DNA of 64,000 nucleotides from Lama glama (GCA_028534125.1 CM052832.1:16742001-16806000); one strand, 5' to 3'. Shown: positions 10,051 to 23,732, counted from the stretch's first letter. A program made the numbers and translations. The notes: generated by a model from the sequence alone, not told the origin.

Positions 10051-11349
10051 AGAAACCACAGGATCCTGAAACCCTTGTTCCCTCTTCTCCCTCAGGAGAA
10101 ATTCCTAGTCGGTGATGCCCACCTCGCCCCAGCCCCAAGCTAGAGGAGTGGGAGGGCTGCAGGGCTGGGGCCCAGCGGAGTCAAGTGACAGCAGAAAGGG
10201 GGCTGGAGCCGGCTGGAATGCGGGGCTCTGAGCCGAGACTTTCAGGGGCCAGAGAGGGAAATCCCAGCCATCCAGGGACCCCTAGAGCAGCACCAAAGAC
10301 CGAGCGCATCCATCTACCTACCCATGTGTGGTCCCCAGAGCCCATCCCACATCTCCTGCATCACTCACAACTCCAGAGGCCCCACATCCTCCTGAACCCC
10401 CAAAGGACCCTCTACCGCTCCCCCATCTGTGTCCTCCTATTCAGGGCTCCCCTCCCTTTCAAGCCAATAGCCTCCTGAAGCCCAGGAAGAAGAGGAAAAG
10501 CTGAAAAAATGTGAGGAGAGGCACGTAGGAGAGAGTAGATTCAGGCAGGCAGATCCCCAGACCACCACAGGGAAGCCTGGCAGGACCAGTGAGAGAGAGG
10601 ACGGGCCAGATGCCCGACCCCCCACCCCAACAAGCTGCTGTTCCCTTCCTGAGAGATGCAGCTGCCTCTGGGGCAAGGAGGCTGGGTCGGCAGCTGGGGA
10701 GAGTGAAAATTCACTGGAGAGGGGAGCAAGGGTGAGGGGTGGACCAAGCCCTGGGTGGGAGTCAGGCGTTGATACCACCAAGTCCACAGTGGAAACTGAG
10801 GCCCAGGAGCGGGAGGAGGAGAGAGAGATGATGTAGCACAGGGAAAAAGATGAGACCAGTCTCAGCTGTTGGCAGCCTAGGGGATGAAGAGAGGGGGGGC
10901 TGTGGGGATAGAACGGGACACAAACAGGCCGAGGCAGAGGGGAACTGGGGGTCGGAGAGAGGAAACGGAGGATGGAGACAGGGGGCACACAGCAGAAGGT
11001 GGGAAGACTGGGGTTTGGAGAGAAAAGGACTGGGCCAGCGAGTGAACTGGAGTGGAGATGGGGAAAGGGTGAGGGGGACACTCAGAGAGGAGGGCAGGAA
11101 AGTGAGGAGCCTCCGAGAGATGAGCAGATGCCAAACAAGGACAAAGAGGAGAAAAAGGGGTTGGAATAAACCCAGAGACGGGAGACGAAGACAGATGCAC
11201 ACGTACTGAAACGAAGGGATGTGAGATCAGTAAGGGGCTGAGAAGGGAAGGGACAGCTGAAGGACTGACTGGGGAGACCGAGGCCCCAATTCCAAAGAGT
11301 GAAGCAAACCTGCTACTGGGTGGCAGGACACAGAGGCCCCAGACCTCCC

Positions 11350-11960
11350 CTTGGAAACCTCGTAGCCCTCGGCCCATCTGCCGCTCCGCCGCCCCCAACT
11401 CTATTCCCCATCCTTCCCCTTCTCCCCGCCGTGCCCGGCCGCGCTCCCCTCCTCCCACCACACCTCCAGCCAGCACCGCCCGGTCACTCCCCATGAGGGG
11501 AAGACCCAACTCCAGTCCCCACTCCTGCCCTCCCTGGGCTCCAGCTTTCTCTCTCTCACCTCCAGCTCAGGGTTCTCCTGGGTCCCAGTCCCCCGTAGTC
11601 TCAGGGCTTTGGGGTTCCGGCTCTGGGACTGCCAAGGCCGCCCGGCTTTGTCCGCCCATCCGGGACCCGGGAGCAGCTGCCCGGGCCAGCTGCGGCCGGC
11701 TTCGACGTGACCATGGCAACCCAGCCCGCTCCCCTCGCCGAGCCTCCCGGCCCCCGCAGAGAGGGAGGGAGTAGACTGGCCGGGGAGAAAGGGAGGGGAG
11801 ACAGAGGACTGGGAACAACAGGGAGATCGCAGACAAAGACCCCAGACAAAAGGAGGCGAAGGGAGGCAGCTAGGAAGAAAGCAGCGAAGGGCTGTGGCTG
11901 AGAGCTTAGGCAGCCGGCATTTTGGTCCCGCTGAGGCCGCGAATCCAGGAAAGAGGGACA
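11350..11960. promoter_or_regulatory. CpG-rich block, candidate distal DDR1 promoter (donor GAG|gtgaga, exon end 11560; RFX X-box at 11707-11720)
   Basis: CpG enrichment, minus-strand donor, GTGACCATGGCAAC motif. Confidence 0.55.
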
Positions 11961-13262
11961 GACAGACAGGAGGTGGGAGAAGAGATCAGTGGTCCTTTGG
12001 AGGCCTCCTCTGGGTCCCTAACAATTCACTTCCTTCCCTCAGGGTTTTGCAGTCTGGGGAGAACCAGAATACCAGTTTCCTAGTTGGCTGCCCCCAAAAT
12101 ATCATATGGTGAGCTCCTCCGTCCTGGCTTGTACCAGAGCATAGGAAGTACCCAAGGCCAAAAGGTACCCTATGTTTTCAAGAACAATCCCAATTTCAAA
12201 CATATTCTGACTTGTCCCTTCTGACGTCTCCTCTGAAGTACAAATATCATTGTCAGACAATGTACTCCAATTCTTGATTTGGAAGATATGCTCCCCAAAG
12301 CCAAAGGGGACTGATTAGGCTATGGGGGGTGGGGCCGGGAGGGAGCACTAAGAGGTTTCTCACAGCATTTGAGAGGAAACAGTACCAAATGGGGAGGAGA
12401 GAAAGCAAGGCTTTGCCTCTGGGAGGCGAGGATTGAAACGACCCCTCGCCAGCTAGCTCCTGCTGCTGAGTCCTACAGCATCCCTGTCCCCTCATCAGTA
12501 AGATGGAGATAATAGTACCTGCCCACCCCGGGGTCTGTTGGGATGATAATGTGAGGTGGCATTGGTAAAGTACCAGCCGCATTGATGGAAGCAACCATTC
12601 TAACTCCACTAACATGATCTCCCTCTTTCTCATGTGTCACTTGGGTCCCTGAGTTCCAACCCTTCCCCGACCCCCCACCCCCTACCCCCAATTTATTCCA
12701 CAGTTATTAGGGTTTTCACAGGGCAGGATTCTGACAGTAAGAGCTACGAAAGACATTCAGGAACATAACCCACTCTCCATTCTCTCTGCATTTACAGTCT
12801 AGAGGGGGAGCCAGGCATGGACATGTATGTGCATGTATATGTATATATTTCTAATAACAGAAGACATCAAGACCCATGTTATGGTCAGAGCTGGAAGGGG
12901 CTGTGGGAACCCAGGGGAAGGACAGGCCAGGTCCTCCTGAGACCAGGGATAACCTCATGGAAGAGTTGGAGCTTGAACTGGAACTTAAGCCAGACAAAGA
13001 TTTGCAGAAATGAGGCAAGGCCATCCTCGCTGAAGAAGGTGAGGGACTGTTAGCTGGGAGGCATGAACATGGTTATTTGAACGCAGCTGTGACTGGAAGG
13101 CAGAATCAGTCTGTCCAGGTGAGTAAGCCCAGAAGGGCAGATTGAGGTGGGGTAATCTTATTAGTAGTTTCATTTAGTCTGAAAGTGAGGAAGAAGGGCC
13201 TTGGGCTTTTGAGCTGGGAAATGGCATGATTAGGTGTGTGTTATTTTCTTCAAGTTTTAAGA

Positions 13263-13351
13263 TTTTTTTTTTAAATGGAGATACTGGGGATTGAATTGAG
13301 GACCTCATGAATGCTAATCATGCGCTCTACCATTGAGCTATACCCGCCCCC
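13263..13351 (-). mobile_element. tRNA-Ala-derived SINE (camelid Vic-1-like), short form
   Basis: Reverse complement gggtatagctcaatggtagagcgcatgattagc...ttcaatccccagtatctcca plus A tail. Confidence 0.85.
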
Positions 13352-16300
13352 GAGATGAGATGTACGTTATTTTAACAGTGGTTTCTAGCATTAGCATATT
13401 GGATGCACAGTGCAGAGCTGTGGCTGAGGGGGAAGGAGTTAATTCCACCTTTTTCTTGTCCACATCCGCCTGGGGTTCCCCCTAGCCAGGAATGCTACAA
13501 GGAAATGGTGAGATGCTACAGGAAAGCAGGTGGATGGGGCAGGGCTCTTCATAAAAAGGGAACCTGGATGGAGAGGTTGTAACTTGCCTTGGATTTGTGG
13601 CAAGTTGCTGCTTCCCACCTAGGACTTCAAGATTCCTCCGCTTCACTCTTCCAAAAGCGGGTGGGGGCTAAGAGGAAGATCCAGAACGGCTCTCTGTGGG
13701 GCCGGACTAGGCAAAGGCCTGAGCCTGCCCTCCCTGGAAACCCCACCCTTCATCAGTCTTTTGTGGGCCCCACGGTCCCTGCAATGAACAGGAAGGCCAC
13801 TGGGAGGCGCTCGCTGCACAGGTGACCAGCGCTACGGGAATTACCGGGAAAAGTGAAAGCCAGGAGGGAAGGAGATTCAAACCTGGGCGTGGCCCGGAGG
13901 AAGCAGCGCTGGAGGGGCCGCCGAGGAGAGAGAACAGAGAAAGGCTGAGAGAAAGTTTAGGGTAGCTGCAGGGCTCATTACGGTGAAATATCCTGACAGT
14001 AGTATAGTAGAAATCTTATTTATAGACAGAATCGTAGATTCTTCACTTTCTCTTTTCTATCATCCTTTGCCAAAGCCTGGCCCGTTCTCAGCAACCCTTG
14101 ACCTCTTCCTAATAAGTGCTGTTAGTGACTGAGCCATGCTCTGCCCTCAGCACGTGCCCGAGTCATCTTATCTGGTCCTCACCGCAGCTCTGTGATGGGG
14201 CATTTTGAGATATGCCCACTTTTACAGGGGCAGAGCCTGAGGGTTAGAGAAGTCAAGTAACTTGTCCACAGTTATATACACAGCAAGCAGAATTCCAGGC
14301 TGGACTGGAAGGTCTTAGCTATCATTCATTGTTTGTCCAACTCTAAGGGTCCATCATAAATTCTCACCCCTTCCTTTATAGTCCTTGAGGATCTTGGGAC
14401 GTTGTTAACTCCTCTTTCTCTATCTCCCAAAAGTACTAGTGGTCCAAATTATTCTTGTTTGTGCACGAACAATATACAGAGATCCAACAATAGCAAACGA
14501 TTTGCTCAAGGTCACACTGGAAATCAAGGTCGATGCTAGGATAGTGTTTCTCACACTGAAGTCCCTGGATTCCTGAGGACCCATGAATGCTCTGTGAAAA
14601 TTATTAAATTGTATGTTTTTGTTTCATTAGTAATTTTTAAAAAGTATTTTAAGCATGTTCAGGATCGTACATAACTGATTCTTCATGGCGTCCCTTGCAT
14701 GTGGGTACCTGCCTTTGTGTTGTGTGTTTACCTACTTAGGGTCAAGTTAGCACTTCTTTGCCTGTAAAGTACCAAGTGAAGCCCAGGGGACATGTGCTGA
14801 CAAAATTTCTTAATTATTTGAACAGACACAAGTAGGGGGAGAACTGAGTCATCCGGGTCAATTTCAAAAGAACCTGTTAGGCAGTAGCAGTTCATGTTGC
14901 CAGCAGCAACCTCATTTCAGAAAAACAACACTATTCATCACATCAAATTACTTTTAGTTTAAATTGTCTTTCTGCTTTTGTTTATATACATTGCTACTTT
15001 GTTTTGTTTATTATTGCTTAACTACTGAAGCCTGAATAGTTCACAGTGAGCTGTGTTGCCACCCATGGTTTGCCCACATTTAAGTTATAAAAATAATTTA
15101 AGTCAAATCCATGAGAATTGTATTTCCTCCCAAAGGGTCCATATGTTATTCAAGTTCTAACCCTCAGAGCAGGGCTAAAGTTAACCTGGGCTTTCAGAAG
15201 TCTCCAAAGGAAACCTGTAGTGTTGGAATCCCTGTTAAATTCCCCAAGTCTCCCCACCAGCAAGATCTAGTGCTAGGAAGTTAGAGCCTGGGGCCTCTGG
15301 GCTACTGAGACTGAGAGAGGGGAGGAGGGGGTCACAAAGTGAGGAGGTCATAGGGCAGCCCCTGGGGAGAACTCCAAGAACTTCTGTGACAGAACTGAGA
15401 ACTGAGGTGAGAATCTGCAGAGTGTGAGAGAGACCACCATAGGCTTTAAGTAAAAGGAAAGAAAAGGTGGATTGTAAAAGATGGTATTGGGCAAGTTTAT
15501 CAGAGAGAATGCTTGTGACTGCAAGTATCAGGAACAGCTTAAACAAAAACTAAAAATAAGAACAAAACAAACAAACAAACAAAGGTTCTGGGGTTCCAGA
15601 TTAAAAGGCTCCTGGGAAAAAGAGGTTCCAGGTCAATTCCCTGGCTTACTGATGCCGTCACGGACCCAGCTTCTTTCCATCTTTCTGCTCTCCCATCCTC
15701 AGTGTGCTGGGATTCATTCTCATAGATATCCATTGGCCGCCTCAGCTGCAGACACCACATATTCAACAATCATGTCCAGAGGCAGAAAGATTTTCCTATA
15801 AATCTTCCTGTTTGCTTCAGCTGACTCCCCATCACCACCCCCGATGTCTCACTGGTCCCAGAGCCCCACTCCTAAATCAATCATAGCGAAAGGCTGGCTT
15901 AGACCCATCATGGTAATATATCTCTTTGGGATGTGAAGGGACCTCCTCTGAATATGTGGGAGGGCAGCACTGAAACAATAAAGAAAGAAAATTTGTAAAA
16001 GCTTTGCCAGCATGGAAGTTGGGATGGCCGTTTTGTAAACACCAAAAGTGTCCTCTACAAAAGGCTTTCATGAGATCGGACAGGCTTTCATGAAGGGACT
16101 TGCCTGCCATGCCAAGGGCTTTGGCTCCTATCCAGTGGATTCCAAAAAACCTTTTTAAAAATTGAATCTGGGCATGATGAGATTTGCACAATGCTATAAG
16201 GGATGATATGATGGTGAAGTAGGATTAGAGGCAGAGGCACGGTAATTAAGCTATTTTTTATGGGATTCTAATTCTAGATCACATACATACCAGGAAACCA

Positions 16301-17800
16301 GAACGGGCAGATAGATGGATGACTTATCCTGCCTGCTGGATCACAGGGGCAGCAAAAACTGCCTCTCTTGGAGATCTTCCACTGTGAACCTCACAGCACT
16401 TCAGCCATGGGTGGAGCTCACCTAAGTACAAACTGCAGACTCTTAGTGCCTGACTAGGATCCAGAGCCACCCTGGGTGTGTGTGTGTGTTTTGGGGCGGG
16501 GAGGGTTGGTGGGGTTCCTAAAGGATCAGAGGTCGGAGTGGGAGGGCTGATAATGTTTTAATCAAAGGAGACTCACCCACGTATTAAATTCTGCCACTAT
16601 GCTCCCCACTTAGACTACTGTGTCTCATTCAGGGCGCCAAAGGTGACAACCTGAGACTCTTAATTGCCTAATTTTAAGCATCCTGCCAGAAATTATACTC
16701 CCATCTATGACACATTTGGGGGGGAGGGGCAGTGCCCAAGGGACATCTCATGCGTCTCTTGCCTAGACTCCAGGGAACCCACTGGCAAGGGCTTCACAAT
16801 GACCTGCTCCCTGACCTGGGGGCAATATTGACACAGACAGAGCAGCCCAAGTCTGCCTCTGCACTGAGTCCCTCCGTACATCAAAGACATAATCTCCCGC
16901 CTGCCACACAACCACGTGATCGTCAACGGAGGCTTGAAGTTCACATCCTGTCTCTGGAAAATAGCATTCAAACTTCGCCTGTCTGCTTGCCACTGCCCAT
17001 AACCAGGGGCCAGATACAGTGTGGAGCCTTTCCTCAGCCTCAGCAGGGCTCCCACCTGGGAGGGAGCCTTGACCTTTGACTCTGTGAAAACCCTGGTCTG
17101 CGAGTCAGGGTTGGAGGTGGGAGGTGAAGGAAGAAACTTTTCTGCAGAGCTGTATCCTCACCATCATGGGATCAGCCTTTTAAGTGATTGAACTGACTTT
17201 ATAGCATCAGTTCCAGAACAATCTACTTCAAAATTATAAAAGATGAAAGACTCACATGGTCCCACTAAGTAGCGTCTTCTCTTCATGTTTTCATGGTGTG
17301 TTTTCACATCAACAGACACTTAAACAGAGGGAGGGACTGAAAGTTTCTGCATTCCAAGCGACAGAACCAATTAGAGAGTAAACGAATGAAAAGGAAATCT
17401 GAAATTCTGCTGGTTAAAAATAATAATAACAATTTATAGATCTGGTTTTCCTAGACAGGAAGCTAAAATTCCAGGCTGATATTCAACTCCAGATGACCTT
17501 CCAACAGAGCTGGAGGCTTCGCTGGGTGTCTGTGGGCTGCACAGCTGAGGCGGGTGTGCAGTGGGGGCCCCAGGACAGGGTGAGAGCGGGCAGGGGACTG
17601 GCTCTTACCATTTGTTCCTTGCCTCACCTGTAACACGTGGGGCAAGAACACACCTCCTGGAGGTGCCATTTGGAAGCTGAGGAGACTTCTCACCTTCACA
17701 GAAAACCCCAAGAGAGGTTGGTTCTAAAGGCTTTTCAAGGCCAGAATGCAAACTGTACAGTCCCTGGGGAGGCACCGACCGCCCAGGCCTGGGGGCTCTC

Positions 17801-20800
17801 TCTGTTCTAAATGAGAGCTGATAGTTAATATGGGTTACTCCCCATTAAGGTACAGACAAATCCCTTTCTTAACCTTAAAATTCCTAAGATGGGCCTCCTG
17901 ACCCTTGTCTTTCCTGTCTGTGTGTGTATAGAAAGCCCCCAGGAGTAAGGATTGGAAGTAAGTGGATGAAGAACGATGAGGAATTAGTGCTAGTATTAAC
18001 ATCATTGGACTAAAACATGATCCCACTCTGTGAAGAGAGGGGCTGGCTGTCCTGTAGGGGTCTGAGGACAAGTAGACTTGGTCCCTAGTATTAGCCTGTC
18101 CTTTTTGGTTGCATCTGGCATCTGCTTGATCTGATTTGGTGCTTGCAGGGTTTGAGTCCGAGGTAAGGGGTACCCGAGGGTCAGCTCTGGGTCCTTGAGG
18201 CTGAGGAGGTGGGAGGAGGAGGCATGAGACCAGTTATGACAAGAGGGAACTGAGAAAAGTGAAAACACTCGGTGCTTGTTTTGTGCTTCTGTACATTCTG
18301 AGCCTGGGGAATTTTAAAGGACTTTTCCTAATATTTATCTTCAATGGATGGAGTCCTTCACTCAGTAAATATCCTAGGCACTGTGTAGGGGTTGGGGATA
18401 AACAGTAAAGGAAGCAGAGTTCCAGTCCTCAAGGAGCTTTCTAAGTTCATTTTGCAGCCCCACAGGGACAAGATGGAAATCCCAGGAGCAGTGCTTTGAC
18501 CGAGGCCCCAGGGACACCCAGTGCCCAGATGTGTGGACAGAGACACAGCTCCCAGGGAAAGCAGAGTTCCTTTAAAACTCTGTTGACCATGAGGAATAAA
18601 TCAAAATGGCAAACCTGCAGGATAATATCCTGGCTCATTTCTTATGCAAAGGAAAACATTGAGGGTTTGCTGAATAAGCGAGGAGGGAGCAGCATAGTGG
18701 GAACCACGTTGCAAAACTGTAAACTGCTCCCTGGTGATTGCCAAGATCTTGATGATCAGAGAAAGTGGTGTATGAGGCAGAGCAAACACACCCCTGTGAT
18801 AAAGCCAGAAATTTCATCCCCAGGGAAAGATGCTGCCAGAGGCAGTGCCGCGGGGGTTGGGGAGGGTCAAGATTGTTACTTTTTTAATATATTACATATT
18901 CGTACTGATAATTGGAAAGTCTAAGCTCGTCCTACTTGCCGCACAATAAACCGAGAAAAGAGTACTTGGGGTAGGGAATAGCACCTTTATTCAGAGAGCC
19001 AGCAGACTGAGAAGATGGTGGACAGATGCCCCAGAGAGCCATGTTAGCCGAGTTAGAATCCAGGCTTCTTTTATACTAAAAGGGGACGGGGAAAGGCCTG
19101 GTTCTGGCCAGACTCTGGGGGGTTGTAGTAAGTTCTTCCTGCTTGCAGCCATTCCCAGGTGGGCCTGGTCAGGATGTTTCCTCTGAGCTAAACAAAGGTA
19201 TTTCAGCTTCAAGTTCCTTACCTGAGAGGCAGGGTTTCCAGAGATGGCCATTATGTATAATTTAAGCTTATAGGCAACATCCCTTTAGTGATTAAGTTGT
19301 AATAAAAAACAAAAGTTCTTCCCTATTACAAGACTGGGGTCTGGAGTAACAGTTGAGAGGCTATTGAACTTTCTCAATGAGAGGAGATGAGCGTTTGAAT
19401 GAAGACAGCTGCCAAGGGGAAGTGGGGGCAGATGGGAGACAGATTTCTAGGCAGGAAGGACCCATATAAAGATGAGGGAGAGGAAGATGACTCTGGAGAG
19501 AATAGCTAGGCCCCACNNNNNNNNNNNNNNNNNNNNNNNNNNNNNNNNNNNNNNNNNNNNNNNNNNNNNNNNNNNNNNNNNNNNNNNNNNNNNNNNNNNN
19601 NNNNNNNNNNNNNNNNNNNNNNNNNNNNNNNNNNNNNNNNNNNNNNNNNNNNNNNNNNNNNNNNNNNNNNNNNNNNNNNNNNNNNNNNNNNNNNNNNNNN
19701 NNNNNNNNNNNNNNNNNNNNNNNNNNNNNNNNNNNNNNNNNNNNNNNNNNNNNNNNNNNNNNNNNNNNNNNNNNNNNNNNNNNNNNNNNNNNNNNNNNNN
19801 NNNNNNNNNNNNNNNNNNNNNNNNNNNNNNNNNNNNNNNNNNNNNNNNNNNNNNNNNNNNNNNNNNNNNNNNNNNNNNNNNNNNNNNNNNNNNNNNNNNN
19901 NNNNNNNNNNNNNNNNNNNNNNNNNNNNNNNNNNNNNNNNNNNNNNNNNNNNNNNNNNNNNNNNNNNNNNNNNNNNNNNNNNNNNNNNNNNNNNNNNNNN
20001 NNNNNNNNNNNNNNNNTGTTATTTTCTGTTTTGATAGTAGCCATCCTAATGGGCGTGAGGTGGCATAAAACCCTTTTAGAACATGGGTTTTCTAATGGTT
20101 TTGATCTCCCCAACCCCTAACTTTGCATAGAGCCTTAATTTAAGTTCCTTAATCACAGTGTTTTCGTCCAAGGAGATTTTTAGGAACATGACCCCCACGA
20201 TTAGAGAAGGAATACTCTGTTGTCATTTTGACAATCTTTACCAACAAGAAAAACAAACATTTTAATTTATTTTAATTCTGTTTCATTATTAGTGAAGTGG
20301 AACTTTTCGCTATAATTGTTAACTATGGTTTCTTTGCTGTGAGTTGTGTCTGAATTCCTCACATGGTACAATATAAAGTAGAAATAGCTGCTGAGTGCTC
20401 TCTGTGTGCTCGTTACTGTTCTAAGGGCTGTACATGTAGTAACTTGGTTGATCCTGACCCACCGCGAGGCAGGTGCAATTGTTACTGTCATTTGATGGAG
20501 GAAACAGAGGCACAGAGAGGTCAGTGAACTTGCCCACGGCCCTGCCCAGGATGCCTGGATCAGAGCCTGTGCCTCAACTACAAAATAGACCATATGTCCT
20601 ATTTTATGTGTTTGATTTTTTTCTATTAACTATAAAAATGAAAAAAAAAGTGGTTAAATTTATCAGTCTACTTCTTTCTTTTGTTGACCCATTTTTTTCT
20701 TTCAGCCATCCTAGAACATTCTCTCCTTTTCAGAGAATAAAAAATATTGGATATTTTTATATATTAAATGTTTTACATGTGTATGTATTTTCCCAAATAA

Positions 20801-21114
20801 TCGATCATTTCTCCCAAACCATTTATTGAATGTTATTTTTTGTTCCACTATTTCGTGATGCCACCTTTCTGTTGCTTTTTGTTTCCTAATTGCTTACTTT
20901 TATTTTTTTTTAATGAACATTATATGTTCAATCATCTCTCTGAGAATACTGAAGTCTCTTTCTGGTTTTTCTATTCTTTTCACTTCATCCAGCATGAGTC
21001 TGTCTCTGGAGTGTTGGTGTTGCTGGCTGCCTTCCTCAGTGTTAGTTTTTGCGTGTTTGGAAATTTTAGTTTCTGGATCATTTCCAGGTTTCTCTCTCTC
21101 GCTTCTCTGGTTCC
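17801..21114 (+). repeat. Left arm of inverted segmental duplication (contains N-gap 19517-20016)
   Basis: 17801-18428 is the reverse complement of 36604-37305, and 20420-21114 is the reverse complement of 35437-36103; mirrored near-identical ORFs appear in the track (18002..18268- vs 36764..37063+; 20473..20829+ vs 35771..35983-). Confidence 0.93.
18906..19330 (-). mobile_element. ERV1-like solo LTR
   Basis: TG...CA termini on the minus strand, TATAAAA at 19075-19069 followed by AATAAA at 18991-18986. Confidence 0.7.
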
Positions 21115-23732
21115 CTAGACCAATAAAGGACGGGCCTCCATGACCACCTTCAGTCCCTCCCAGACCTCCTTCTTCAATCTGCCTCCTCTCCCTCCACAAA
21201 TCCTCCTTCCCTTCCCCCTTTCACAGAATTTCTCACCTCCCCACATCTGGTCTGCGCTGGCCTGAACCCTCTTATATCAGCAGATCTCTGGCCTCCTCCA
21301 GTAGTTTTGAAGTTATCTCAGTGGCCTGGCTAGTCTCTTAAACATCCAGTTTTACTGCAGGGACTGGAGACTTTAGGGACCATGGTGTGTAATGGGGGAG
21401 GAAGAAAATTCTTGGGGATAACATTTGTGATTTCCTTTGGTTGTCACTGAGTCAAAAAATAAAATCAGACACTTGCAGCACAGCAAGGGTTAACCTCCTG
21501 CCCTGGGCCCCACTGTTGCAGGGGACTGCGGAGGGAGGTGCTGTGCTAGGAAAGGCAGGCTGTCAGCGTCTATTTGCCTGACAGTTGACAGGCTTCATGC
21601 ACAAAACTCACCCAAGCAGAAGCAGCAGCCAAGTACAATGAACTTGACCCAATAACAACAAAATTTTGAACATTAAATTGTAAGTGCTTTTTCTGGTTTG
21701 TATATGTGTGTGTGTGTGTGTGTGTTTGGTTTTTGGTCTTGCATCAAGCTGTAAACTCCTTGGTTTGCAGAAACCACATTTATCTTGTTCACCATGTGAC
21801 TAGCCTGGAAGAGGAATTCAGGAAACGTCTGTTGACTGAAAGAGTAAGTGAATGTTGTTTGTCACCACCCCTTGTCCAGTCCTGCCTCCATCCCAGGCAA
21901 GAAGAAGGCTGAATATCAACCCGGATGCTGTGGTTCTTAAAGGTCTGGGAGACTCTGTGAGAGAGGTGATGAGGCAGGCTTAGTGACCCTGGCAGGTTAA
22001 CAACAAGGGAAAGAAAGTGCCAGCTGTTAAAAAAAACAGGTTGTTTTTCTTATCCTACAGCTGGCTCCTTGGTCCCAAGGACATAGCCATACAAGACATT
22101 TTACGTTCCACAACTGCTGCATCAATCCCAAGGACATACCCCAGTATCTCTTTTTGTTCTCTCCCCACCCACCCCGACGTTTCTGTTTTGGGTCTGAGCT
22201 CCAGAAGAGGAAAGAACCAGTACTAGAAGGTGATTGGCACCACTGGAATGAAGATAACCATGGCAGAGCCTTCCAGTAAGAGACCCTGTGGTCCATTCGG
22301 GGGCTGAAACCATCTCAACCAGCTACTTAGCTGATGGCTCCCTGCTAAGTTGTTTTCTTTGTTTTGCTTTTTATCCTTCTCTCTCTCTGAGCAATAAAGC
22401 ACCTCTTTTTTTTTTTTTTCCTCACTTTGTCCCTCTGCCTCTACTGAGGATTCTTTCTCAGTTAGCAGGCAAGGACCCACATGTTTGTGGGGGCTTGCCC
22501 ACCCATTTGGTGGGCTTTCCAATTTCTATCCCCTCACATTGGGCCCTGCAGGCATGGCTTGGGTGTCCCTCTAATGAAGTGGATCACAAAAGAGAGGAAA
22601 GGCGTCTCCCCGCTGGGCATAGGCACTCCCCCCGCCCCGCAGATTTGGTGTCTTAAGGGCTCCAATTCAGTGGGAGTGATGTTCAGCAGGAGATAGAGAC
22701 AGAGTTACAATATACCTGGATGAATGGATTTATTAAAATTTGCGTTATTACCTTAAGATGGCCCCATTTGCATATCCTTGTAGGCTAGTGAGACCCAGGG
22801 AAACTCAGGTTATGTTTTTGAACTCAACCTTGAAATCCTACTTGCACCACAGACTAGTTACTACCGCTGGGATGAGAGCCCCTTGTTCTGTCCGGGACAG
22901 TGGCAGCAGCAGCGGCAGCAGCACTGGGGGAGTCCTGCTGCAAGGTGGGCTAAAAGTTCAAACAGAAGGACAATAGAATACAGCTTCAGTAGCACTTCTG
23001 GGCATGTTAATTCCTCTGTGATGCCCTGGAAGATATGAGGTAAGTGGGTGGGGTTGGTATTCGGAAAGCAAACAGTGGCTCTGATTTAAGACAGATGAGC
23101 TTCTAAAAGGTTTGAACCTCTTCTTCAATAACAGGGAAATCTTGAGGGAAGGGGCCAGAGCACCTTCAGAGTTCCAAGCCTGGGGATGTCCCCATACAGG
23201 TGGGACCATAGACGGGAGTAGGAAGGGGGAAGCTATTCAGCCTTTTGAGGAAATCTAAGGCAGGTGTTTCCTTCCCTTCAAGCCCAGGGAAAGGGGCTTC
23301 AGAGGACCCTTCAGAGAGTTTAATGTCTGTTTCCTGCAGCATGGAGGAGAGGGTGAGTGGGTGGCTGGCTCGTCCTAAAAATCAAAAACACAGGCAGCTA
23401 GCTGGCTGCCCTGATGGTGGAACAAGAGAGGTTGCCAGGTTGAAGGGCTGCTCGCCTTCCCAGATTCCAGCTCTGGATTCCTGACGTTTCCTGTGGGCCA
23501 GACGTGGGGCGAGTGAGAGAGAGCTGATGCAGGATGTTAGAGCCTGTCTGAGGGCATCCCCTGGAGGGGTTTGGTGAGCCTAATAGAGCCCTGCCAGATT
23601 CAGAGACTAAAGAAAGAAATGTAGTTGATCAGCTTAAGAAAGGCATTTGCTGGCATCAAAGATTAGAGAGTGAGAAATCCTAGCTATGTGAAGGAATTGT
23701 CTCCCCCAAAGAATCCACAAAAGTGCCTAATT

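Noticed and set aside
12813..12838. p53/p63-like element ggacatgtat-gtgcatgtat
   Set aside because: Several mismatches to RRRCWWGYYY, and it grades into a TG/TA low-complexity tract; not supportable.
16705..17079. Paired ~115-aa ORFs on opposite strands
   Set aside because: Non-ATG starts, no recognisable homology, no splice structure.
19361..20113. Long ORFs spanning N runs (also 3864-4226, 35996-36674, 54083-54886)
   Set aside because: Artefacts of translating through assembly gaps.
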